Positions 24,063-30,874 of a stretch of DNA of 34,183 nucleotides are shown here, piece after piece (position 1 is the stretch's first letter; each line of letters starts with the position of its first letter). Location: contig DATEJD010000458.1 in the NCBI GenBank assembly GCA_035278325.1, forward strand, positions 1 through 34,183. The letters run 5' to 3'. Position numbers and translations under genes: made by a program. The DNA is from Gemmatimonadales bacterium. GTDB lineage: Bacteria > Gemmatimonadota > Gemmatimonadetes > Gemmatimonadales > GWC2-71-9. Below the pieces are notes generated by a model, which had not been told where the DNA came from, ran no database searches, and saw only the letters and a program-made list of their open reading frames with translations.

Positions 24063-25288
24063 GCCGGAATCTGACGGTCCGGGTCCTCGTCGCCATCGTG
24101 CTGGGAGTGGCGGTCGGCGTGCTGTGGCCCGGGGTCGGGCAGGCCATGAAGCCGGTGGGCGACACCTTCGTGAACCTGGTCCGCATGGTGATCGCGCCGA
24201 TCATCTTCCTGACCATCGTCCTCGGCGTGGCGCACACGCGCGATCTCAACCGGGTCGGCCGGCTCGGACTCAAGGCGTTCGTGTACTTCGAGGTCGTCAC
24301 CACCTTCGCGCTGGCCATCGGCCTGATCATCGTGAACCTGGCGCGGCCGGGGCAGGGCATCGACGCGAGTCATCTGTCGGCCACGGACGTCGCTCGGGTC
24401 ACGAGCCAGGGCCAGGAGCTCCGGTTCGTGGACTTCCTGACCCACATCGTCCCATCGAGCGTGGTCGGCGCGTTCGCCCAGGGCGAGATCCTTCAGGTGG
24501 TCTTCTTCTCGATCCTGTTCGGCGTGGCGCTGGCCTCGCTCGGAGAGGCGGGGCGGACGGTCATCGGCCTGCTCGACGGCCTCATGCAGGTGTTCTTTCG
24601 GGTGGTCGCGATCGTCATGGTGGTGGCCCCCATCGGGGCGTTCGGAGCGATGGCCTACACCGTCGGGACGTTCGGCGTGGCCTCGCTGCTGTCGCTCGGG
24701 CGCCTCATGGCCTGCGTGTATGCGACGATGGCGCTCTTCATTCTGGTCGTCCTGGGGATCATCGCCCGGGTGTGGGGATTCAGTCTGTTTCGTCTGCTGG
24801 CCCACATCAGGGAGGAGATTCTCATCGTGCTGGGCACCTCCTCCAGCGAAGCGGTGCTTCCCCGGATGCTCGACCGGATGGAGCAGTTCGGCTGTGACCG
24901 CTCGGTCGTGGGCCTGGTGATCCCGGCGGGGTACTCGTTCAACCTGGACGGCACCTCCATCTACCTTTCGATGGCCACCCTGTTCATCGCGCAGGCTTAT
25001 GGCGTTCACCTGTCGGTAGGACACCAGCTGGCGGTGCTGGCCGTGCTGATGGTGACCTCGAAGGGAGCGGCGGGGGTGACCGGGTCGGGCTTCATCGTGC
25101 TGGCCAGCACCCTCTCGGCCCTGCGGGTCGTGCCGGTGGAAGGGGTGGCGCTGGTGCTGGGCGTGGACCGCTTCATGAGCGAGGCGCGCGCGATCACCAA
25201 CCTGATAGGCAACGCCGTGGCGACGGTCGTCATCGCGAAGAGCGAGGGCGCGTTCGCCCCTCACCTCAACCCATCCCCCGATGCCTGA
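24059..25288 (+). CDS. dctA: Dicarboxylate/amino acid:cation symporter (DAACS family, DctA-like)
   Basis: 409 aa from ATG 24059, which overlaps the upstream stop as ATGA. VRMVIAPIIFLTIVLG, GTSSSEAVLPRM, IPAGYSFNLDGTSIY, SKGAAGVTGSGFIVLA are DAACS hallmarks. Confidence 0.85.
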   Translation: MSRNLTVRVLVAIVLGVAVGVLWPGVGQAMKPVGDTFVNLVRMVIAPIIFLTIVLGVAHTRDLNRVGRLGLKAFVYFEVVTTFALAIGLIIVNLARPGQGIDASHLSATDVARVTSQGQELRFVDFLTHIVPSSVVGAFAQGEILQVVFFSILFGVALASLGEAGRTVIGLLDGLMQVFFRVVAIVMVVAPIGAFGAMAYTVGTFGVASLLSLGRLMACVYATMALFILVVLGIIARVWGFSLFRLLAHIREEILIVLGTSSSEAVLPRMLDRMEQFGCDRSVVGLVIPAGYSFNLDGTSIYLSMATLFIAQAYGVHLSVGHQLAVLAVLMVTSKGAAGVTGSGFIVLASTLSALRVVPVEGVALVLGVDRFMSEARAITNLIGNAVATVVIAKSEGAFAPHLNPSPDA

Positions 25289-26747
25289 CCGTCCGAAGTC
25301 GTGGCCCAGCAGTCTCCCTGCGGCGGCGTTGGCCCTGCTGGCCCCGCTGTCGCTCGCCGCTCAGGCGATCGGCCCCGAGGAATACGCCGCCCGGCGCGAT
25401 TCGCTCGCGGGCCGCCTGGGCGACGGCGTCGTGCTGGCCTTTGGGGCGCCGGCGCCGACCGGGGTCGAGCGCCAGGCCCAACTCCCCGCGTTCCGCTGGC
25501 TCACCGGCTTTCTCGAGCCGGACGCCGCGCTGGTGCTCGTTCTCAGTGGCGGCCGGGCGCGCGGGATCCTGTTCACCCAACCCCGCGATCCCCGTCGCGC
25601 GCTGTACGACGGCTTCCCTCCGGACTCGACCGCCGTCGCGCGTGCCACCGGGATGGAGGCGCGCTCGATCGCGGCGCTCGCCCCGATGCTGGACTCGCTG
25701 GTCGCCAGCAAGCCGACGCTGTTCACCCTCCGCGACTACGCGGGGAACGACTACGCGGAGAGCGATTCCCTCACACGGGGCGTCGCCTTCATGCGCGCCT
25801 TTTCGGCGCGGCATCCCGGGCTCGAGGTCCGCGACGCGCATCCCGTCACCGACAGCCTCCGGGCGCGGAAGAGTCCCGCCGAGCTGGCGCTGTTGCGCCG
25901 GGCGATCGACGTGACCGTGGCCGCGCAGCGCGAGGCGATGGCGATGGTGCGCCCGGGGGTGTGGGAGTATCAGATCGACGCCCTGTTCGCCGCCGCCTTT
26001 CGGCGGACCGGCGGCGACGGGCCGGCGTTCGGCTCGATCATAGGCTCGGGCCCCAACTCCACCCAGTACCACTACGAGACCAACAACCGGCAGATGCGGG
26101 CCGGCGACGTCGTGGTAATGGACGTCGGCGCCGGCTGGGCGGGCTACGCGGCGGACGTGACCCGCACCATCCCGGTGAGCGGCCGGTTCACCCCCGATCA
26201 GCGCGCGATCTATGAGATCGTCCGCGACGCGCAGCGGGCGGCGGAGCGGGTGGCCGGGCCCGGCGCGCCATACCAGGCGTGGCGCGACTCGGCGCGAGCG
26301 GTGGTGGCGCGCGGGGTCGCCCGGCTGGGCCTCACCGAGGGGGTGGATGCCACGTTCGATCCACCGTGGGCCGACCAGTGCCGGGTGGAAGCGGTGCGCT
26401 GTACCCAGGCGTTCCTCTACATGGCCCACGGCCTCGGGCACGGCATCGGGCTCGAGGTCCACGACCCGCCCCACCCCTGGAAGGCCACCGGGAGCTTCGC
26501 GCCAGGCGACGTGTTCACCATCGAGCCCGGGGTCTACGTGAGCACGCGACTGCTCGACATCCTCCCCGACACGCCGAAGAACCGGTCCATGATCGCCAAG
26601 GTCCGGGCAGCCGTGACCCGCTACAACAACATCGGCATCCGGATCGAGGACGATTACGCCATCACCCCAACCGGCGTCGAGTGGCTGAGCCGCGCTCCGC
26701 GCGAGCCCGCCGAGATCGAGTCCGCCATGGCGCGGCGTGGCCGCTAG
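25281..26747 (+). CDS. Secreted Xaa-Pro aminopeptidase (M24B family)
   Basis: Signal peptide ...LPAAALALLAPLSLAAQA. DVVVMDVGAGWAGYAADVTRT, HGLGHGIGLEVHDPP, VFTIEPGVY, GIRIEDDY (pita-bread metal ligands). 8-nt overlap with dctA. Confidence 0.85.
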   Translation: MPDRPKSWPSSLPAAALALLAPLSLAAQAIGPEEYAARRDSLAGRLGDGVVLAFGAPAPTGVERQAQLPAFRWLTGFLEPDAALVLVLSGGRARGILFTQPRDPRRALYDGFPPDSTAVARATGMEARSIAALAPMLDSLVASKPTLFTLRDYAGNDYAESDSLTRGVAFMRAFSARHPGLEVRDAHPVTDSLRARKSPAELALLRRAIDVTVAAQREAMAMVRPGVWEYQIDALFAAAFRRTGGDGPAFGSIIGSGPNSTQYHYETNNRQMRAGDVVVMDVGAGWAGYAADVTRTIPVSGRFTPDQRAIYEIVRDAQRAAERVAGPGAPYQAWRDSARAVVARGVARLGLTEGVDATFDPPWADQCRVEAVRCTQAFLYMAHGLGHGIGLEVHDPPHPWKATGSFAPGDVFTIEPGVYVSTRLLDILPDTPKNRSMIAKVRAAVTRYNNIGIRIEDDYAITPTGVEWLSRAPREPAEIESAMARRGR

Positions 26748-27360
26748 CGGCGCCCGGCGGTCGGTCTGGCCGCTGCTGCTCGCACTGCTGCTGTTCGGGC
26801 TGGCGGTGGTGGTGGGCCGTGGCGTGGCCCGCGGCGCGGCGCCGCTGCGGCGGCTCACCGGTGAAACCACGGTCAGCCAGTCGGTCGTCGTGGAGCAGAC
26901 CCGCGCGGTCGCTCGGCTGGTGACCAGCGAGACGATGCTGCGCGACGTGGTGATCTACCAGAACAGCCGGCTCGGCTCGACCAAACGCTCGCTGGTCGTG
27001 GTGACCGGCAAGGTGCTGACCGGGTTCGATCTGGACCGCGGCACCGAGGTCACGGTGGATCATCCGTCGCACCGCATCGTGGTCACCCTGCCCCCGCCGG
27101 GCGTCATGGGGGTGGAGATCACCGAGCTCAAGACCTACGACGAGCAGCGGGGACTGTGGAATCCGTTCCACCCCGCCGACCGCGACACCATCTTCGCGCT
27201 GGCTCGCGAGCGGCTGGTGCAGGCCGCCAACGAGGTCGAGCTCGCGCACCACACCGAGGAGAGTGCTCGCCGGCTGCTGGAGGCCACGGTGCGGGCGGAG
27301 GGATACACGACCGAGGTTCGGTTCGGCCTCCCACCCGCGCCGGCCGACACCGAGCGCTGA
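26737..27360 (+). CDS. DUF4230-like membrane-anchored protein
   Basis: N-terminal TM helix (WPLLLALLLFGLAVVV). ...VARLVTSETMLRDVVIY...VVVTGKVLTGFDL...IVVTLPPPGVMGVEI pattern resembles DUF4230. GTG start overlaps the aminopeptidase stop by 11 nt. Confidence 0.6.
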   Translation: MAASGARRSVWPLLLALLLFGLAVVVGRGVARGAAPLRRLTGETTVSQSVVVEQTRAVARLVTSETMLRDVVIYQNSRLGSTKRSLVVVTGKVLTGFDLDRGTEVTVDHPSHRIVVTLPPPGVMGVEITELKTYDEQRGLWNPFHPADRDTIFALARERLVQAANEVELAHHTEESARRLLEATVRAEGYTTEVRFGLPPAPADTER

Positions 27361-27371
27361 AGGAGCCGGGG

Positions 27372-27944
27372 ATGCTGGCGTACGTGTTCTGGCACTGGCG
27401 GCGTCCGACGGTGACGGCACCCGTCTACGAGGAGGCCCAGCGCCGCTTCCATGCCGCGCTGGCCGCGGCGCCGCCGCCCGGGTTCGAGCGCTCGTTCTCC
27501 GTCTCGATCCGGGGCGCCCCGTGGGCGGCCAATCGGGGTGAGGCATACGAGGACTGGTATCTGCTCGACGGATCGGCGGCGCTCGATCCGCTCAACACAG
27601 CCGCGATCAGCGCGTCCCGCCAGGCGCCCCACGATGCCGCCGCCGCGCTGGCCGCCGGGGGCACGGCCGGCCTCTATTCGCTGCGGCAGGGCACGCCGGT
27701 GATACCGCCCGCCACGCTGACCTGGTTCGCCAAGCCAGACGGCATGACCCATCGCGATCTCTTCGCCAGGCTGGAGCCGCTGGTCGGACCGGCCGGTGGG
27801 GCGCTCTGGTGCCGGCAGATGACCCTCGGCCCGGCACTCGAATTCTGCCTTCACAGTCGGGAGCCGATTGGCTTGCCGGCGCCGATTGCGCCGTTCGTGG
27901 TGGGGTGCCGTGGAGTGTGGCCGATAGGGCCGATAGGACGATAG
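27372..27944 (+). CDS. Hypothetical protein (190 aa); last 8 codons and the stop lie inside the octamer repeat array
   Basis: ATG 27372 preceded by AGGAG at 6 nt. MLAYVFWHWRRPTV... Coding-like GC3. Ends ...VWPIGPIGR with TAG at 27942-27944 supplied by the repeat. The track start 27156 overlaps the upstream gene. Confidence 0.6.
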   Translation: MLAYVFWHWRRPTVTAPVYEEAQRRFHAALAAAPPPGFERSFSVSIRGAPWAANRGEAYEDWYLLDGSAALDPLNTAAISASRQAPHDAAAALAAGGTAGLYSLRQGTPVIPPATLTWFAKPDGMTHRDLFARLEPLVGPAGGALWCRQMTLGPALEFCLHSREPIGLPAPIAPFVVGCRGVWPIGPIGR

Positions 27945-27978
27945 GACGATAGGGCGATAGGGCGATAGGGCGATAGGG
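27922..27978. repeat. Left octamer array: 7 tandem units of CGATAGGG/CGATAGGA
   Basis: Units at 27922, 27931, 27939, 27947, 27955, 27963 and 27971, with one extra C at 27930. The last four units (27947-27978) are perfect CGATAGGG. Confidence 0.95.
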
Positions 27979-28014
27979 CGGCGTGAAGCCAGTCGACTCC
28001 CTCATCCCAAGTGC

Positions 28015-28067
28015 AGCGAGGGATCTTCTCCGCGGGTATGGAAGCCCGTTCGAGAAGATCCCTCGCT
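28015..28067. repeat. Perfect 16-bp inverted repeat (AGCGAGGGATCTTCTC / GAGAAGATCCCTCGCT) with a 21-nt loop containing a nested CGGG/CCCG mini-stem
   Basis: Arms at 28015-28030 and 28052-28067, read directly. It sits near the centre of the convergent intergenic region; likely a bidirectional terminator or REP-like core. Confidence 0.9.
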
Positions 28068-28099
28068 CCGCTCGGGACGGGGAACCGCGCTACGGCGGC

Positions 28100-28167
28100 C
28101 CCTATCGCCCTATCGCCCTATCGCCCTATCGTCCTCAAACGCCCTATCGCCCTCAAACGTCCTATCG
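28100..28167. repeat. Right octamer array: inverted copies CCCTATCG x4, then TCCTCAAACG, CCCTATCG, CCCTCAAACG, TCCTATCG
   Basis: 28100-28131 is the exact reverse complement of 27947-27978 (32 bp). The outer units are degenerate, with CAAA insertions. Confidence 0.95.
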
Positions 28168-28172
28168 TCCCC

Positions 28173-29114
28173 TTACGGCGTGACCGTCAGCTGCAGCGTC
28201 ACGAGCGAGCAGCCGATCGGCGTGCTGCAGGCGATCACCTCGAGTCCCGAGCTGGTCAGCGCGGCGATGAGGTCGCCGTTCACGAGGCCGGTGGTGTAGC
28301 TCAGCGCGGGCTGGCCGAAGTACACCGTCCAGGTGTTGGCCGGCGACGCGTTGTCCGTGCCGAGGAGGATGCCCGCGCCGGTCGTGGTGCCGGTTCCGCC
28401 ATCATAGATGAGCTGCGCGACGACCGAGCCGTTGGAGTAGAAGTTGAGCACGCGATCGCCGCTGCCATCGTTGGCATCGAACAACTGGGCCTGCGGGGAG
28501 AAGGTCAGCACCAACGACGTGGTCGTGGCACCGGTGATGGCGCACTTCGAGTGGAACGGGTGCGTCTGCTGCCCGCCCGGGTTGATCCACAGGCCCGGAA
28601 AGCCGTCCGCCGATGTGACGCACTGGCCCTTGCCGTTGTTGCCGGTGCCGCTGGTCCCATAGTCGATGCAGTTCGGATTATGGGGTCCGAAGACGTTACC
28701 GTTCGGATCGGTCCAGAACCCGTTCGCGCTACAGGTACCCTGGCCATAGAGGCCGGTGCCCGAGGTCTTGAACACCAGGGCCGTGCTGCTGCCCGTGGTA
28801 CCGGCGCTTCCGCTGCCGGCCGGGTCGAAGGTGCCGGGGTCCACGGGCTGGATCGTGGGTGGCGTCCCGTCCGGAGAGGTCCAACCCCCATTGGCAACGG
28901 GATCGCCCGCGCCGGTCGTGTCCGGCGGGGGTGTGGACGTGGTGTCGCCCCCGCCGCTGCTGGATCCACCCGGGAAGCCGGGCGTGCGCGGACCCCCGGG
29001 CACCGGGGTGTCGCGGGTGGGGGATCCTGAGGGGGCGGTCAGGGTGTCTGCCTGGGAGCAGGCGGTGAAGGCTAAGGCCGCGACCAGCGCGGTAGCGAGG
29101 CGGTGTCGGAACAC
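28173..29114 (-). CDS. Orphan secreted lipoprotein, Gly/Thr/Pro-rich linker plus Cys-containing C-terminal domain; no recognisable family
   Basis: GTG 29114 preceded by AAGGAG at 7 nt. VFRHRLATALVAALAFTAC lipobox. 6 further Cys (GTCSANGFW, NPNCIDY, GQCVTS, SKCAIT, IACSTPIGCS). The track start 29153 is less likely. Confidence 0.7.
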   Translation of the reverse strand: MFRHRLATALVAALAFTACSQADTLTAPSGSPTRDTPVPGGPRTPGFPGGSSSGGGDTTSTPPPDTTGAGDPVANGGWTSPDGTPPTIQPVDPGTFDPAGSGSAGTTGSSTALVFKTSGTGLYGQGTCSANGFWTDPNGNVFGPHNPNCIDYGTSGTGNNGKGQCVTSADGFPGLWINPGGQQTHPFHSKCAITGATTTSLVLTFSPQAQLFDANDGSGDRVLNFYSNGSVVAQLIYDGGTGTTTGAGILLGTDNASPANTWTVYFGQPALSYTTGLVNGDLIAALTSSGLEVIACSTPIGCSLVTLQLTVTP

Positions 29115-29121
29115 GATGACT

Positions 29122-29250
29122 CTCCTTCGACGTTCACAAGGGTGAGCCGGCATGTAGCCGGCATCAGCCCCTTCGACGGCCAGGCTGTCTCAGAGAGACC
29201 CTTGGCTTTGCGGACCGGCCTCGCGACCGGGGTGCCCTGAGTCGAAGGGA
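29122..29250 (-). promoter_or_regulatory. Structured 5' leader of the lipoprotein mRNA with alternative anti-SD pairings
   Basis: On the minus-strand RNA, UCCCUUCGAC (29250-29241) can pair with GUCGAAGGGG (29177-29168) or with GUCGAAGGAG (29131-29122, which contains the SD). A GCCGGC/GCCGGC hairpin lies at 29146-29162. Confidence 0.4.
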
Positions 29251-29282
29251 ACAGGGAACACTGGTTTCGGACGGGTAGTAAA

Positions 29283-29297
29283 GCAACGTGGGTGCCA
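29283..29297 (-). promoter_or_regulatory. Sigma-54 (RpoN) -24/-12 promoter
   Basis: The minus strand reads cTGGCACccacgTTGCTt, an exact TGGCAC-N5-TTGC with 10 nt between GG and GC. It is intergenic and correctly oriented, about 170 nt upstream of the lipoprotein GTG. My manual scan of both strands found no other TGGCAC-N5-TTGC match. Confidence 0.6.
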
Positions 29298-29444
29298 GAT
29301 CCATAAGCCACTGTCGCGGAAGCACTTGCGCTGCAGCTGACGATCTGGCCGCGGTGTCGTATGCCGCGACATGCGAGGACCCTAGAGAGAATTCGGCCGG
29401 CTGGAAGCTGAACGCCTAGCGCCCACCAATACATTGACAGGACG

Positions 29445-30713
29445 ATGACCCGCCGCCCCCACTACGCCTGGATCACCCTCGCCGTCACGTTCCTGGCGCT
29501 CCTGGCCGGCGCCGGCATCCGGGCCACGCCCAGCGTCCTCATCGTGCCGCTCGAGCAGGAGTTCGGCTGGAGCCGCTCGACCATCTCGTTCGCGATCTCG
29601 GTCAACATCTTTCTGTACGGCCTCATGGGCCCCTTTGCCGGGGCCCTGATGCAGCGGTTGGGCATCCGGCGCACTACGATCGGCGCCCTGACCCTGCTGG
29701 CGGCCGGCGTGGCGCTCGCCACGCGGGTGACCGAGCCATGGCAGCTCGTGCTGGTATGGGGCGTCATCGTCGGCCTCGGCAGCGGGATGGTCGCGCTGGT
29801 GCTGGGCGCCACGGTGGTGAACCGCTGGTTCCGCGCGCGGCGCGGCCTGGCGATGGGCCTGCTCACCGCGAGCACCGCCACCGGCCAACTGGTGTTCCTC
29901 CCGCTGCTCGCGACCGTGATCGAGCGGCACGGGTGGCGGGACGCCGCCCTGGTGGTGGCCGCGGCCGCGGCGGTGATTATCCCGATCGTCGCGCTGTTCC
30001 TTCGAGAGCGACCGTCGGATCTCAGACTCCCACCCTACGGGGCCGCCGAGGTCGAGCGGCTTTCCACCGGCGGACCCAACGCAGCGCGGATTGCGCTGGC
30101 GGCGCTGGGCGAAGGGGCGCGCTCGCGCGACTTCTGGCTGCTGTTCGCCACGTTCTTCATCTGCGGGGCGTCGACCAACGGGCTGATCGGCACGCACCTG
30201 GTACCGGCCGCGCACGACCACGGGATTCCCGAGGTCCGCGCGGCGAGCCTCCTCGCGCTCATGGGAGTGTTCGACCTGGTAGGCACCACTGGCGCCGGCT
30301 GGCTGTCGGACCGGTGGAGCAGCCGGCATCTGCTGGCGTGGTACTACGGGCTGCGGGGACTCTCGCTCTTCTTCCTGCCATTCGCCCTGGGCGGGCCGAC
30401 GGCCGGCCTCTGGGTCTTCGCGGTCTGGTACGGACTGGACTGGATCGCCACCGTTCCGCCGACCCTACGACTGGCGAATGACGCGTTCGGGCCAGAGCGC
30501 GCGCCGATCATGTTCGGATGGATCGGCGCCGGCCACCAGGTCGGGGCGGCGCTCACCGCCTTCTCGGCCGGGTGGATCCGGACCGTGCTGGGCGACTACC
30601 AGGTCGCGTTCTGGGTCTCGGGGATGCTGTGCCTGCTCGCGGCGGTGCTGGCGCTGCAGATAGGAACTCGGCCGGCGCGGGTGGCCGGCATGCCCGCTGA
30701 GGCGGCGGCCTGA
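29445..30713 (+). CDS. MFS transporter (12 TM; oxalate/formate-antiporter or YbfB-like subfamily)
   Basis: 422 aa. HYAWITLAVTFLALLAGAGIRATPSVLIVPLEQEFGWSRSTISFAISV... is typical of this MFS_1 subgroup, with hydrophobic helices throughout. Confidence 0.8.
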   Translation: MTRRPHYAWITLAVTFLALLAGAGIRATPSVLIVPLEQEFGWSRSTISFAISVNIFLYGLMGPFAGALMQRLGIRRTTIGALTLLAAGVALATRVTEPWQLVLVWGVIVGLGSGMVALVLGATVVNRWFRARRGLAMGLLTASTATGQLVFLPLLATVIERHGWRDAALVVAAAAAVIIPIVALFLRERPSDLRLPPYGAAEVERLSTGGPNAARIALAALGEGARSRDFWLLFATFFICGASTNGLIGTHLVPAAHDHGIPEVRAASLLALMGVFDLVGTTGAGWLSDRWSSRHLLAWYYGLRGLSLFFLPFALGGPTAGLWVFAVWYGLDWIATVPPTLRLANDAFGPERAPIMFGWIGAGHQVGAALTAFSAGWIRTVLGDYQVAFWVSGMLCLLAAVLALQIGTRPARVAGMPAEAAA

Positions 30714-30746
30714 GCGATCGGAACGTGGGGCCCTGGGCGAGCGGAA

Positions 30747-30770
30747 TCCTTCGCGTCCTTCGTCCCTTCG
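30747..30770. repeat. Short tandem array TCCTTCG-cg-TCCTTCG-TCCCTTCG (minus strand CGAAGGGA CGAAGGA CGCGAAGGA)
   Basis: Read directly in the MFS / ATP-grasp convergent intergenic region. It is followed at 30812-30842 by CCCCTTCGCTTCGCTCAGGCTGACTCAGGC. Confidence 0.7.
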
Positions 30771-30874
30771 TGGTGAAGAGCCGCCGGATGCGAGCATGCT
30801 CCAATGCATGTCCCCTTCGCTTCGCTCAGGCTGACTCAGGCTAAGACGCCTCACGTCTCCGTGGTTCCGACGCC

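Noticed and set aside
23894-26870. Two long minus-strand ORFs (23894..25264, 456 aa; 25266..26870, 534 aa)
   Set aside because: They are antisense to the clearly real dctA-like and Xaa-Pro aminopeptidase genes. They are dominated by R/D/H/G/P and have no domain-like motifs.
27922-28167. Octamer arrays as a CRISPR array, or as coding repeats (YRPIALSP-type peptides in ORFs 27607..28005 and 27983..28183)
   Set aside because: The repeats are only 8 nt with no spacers and there are no cas genes, so this is not CRISPR. The 8-nt period is out of frame, and the ORFs span the palindrome on both strands with no start context or coding bias. Only the first 23 nt are coding, as the tail of the 27372..27944 gene.
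29434-29439. Perfect TTGACA hexamer as the -35 of the MFS transporter promoter
   Set aside because: It lies only 5 nt upstream of the ATG at 29445, so any -10 element and TSS would fall inside the coding sequence. The conserved N-terminus (HYAWITLAVTF...) argues the ATG is correct. The match is probably fortuitous.
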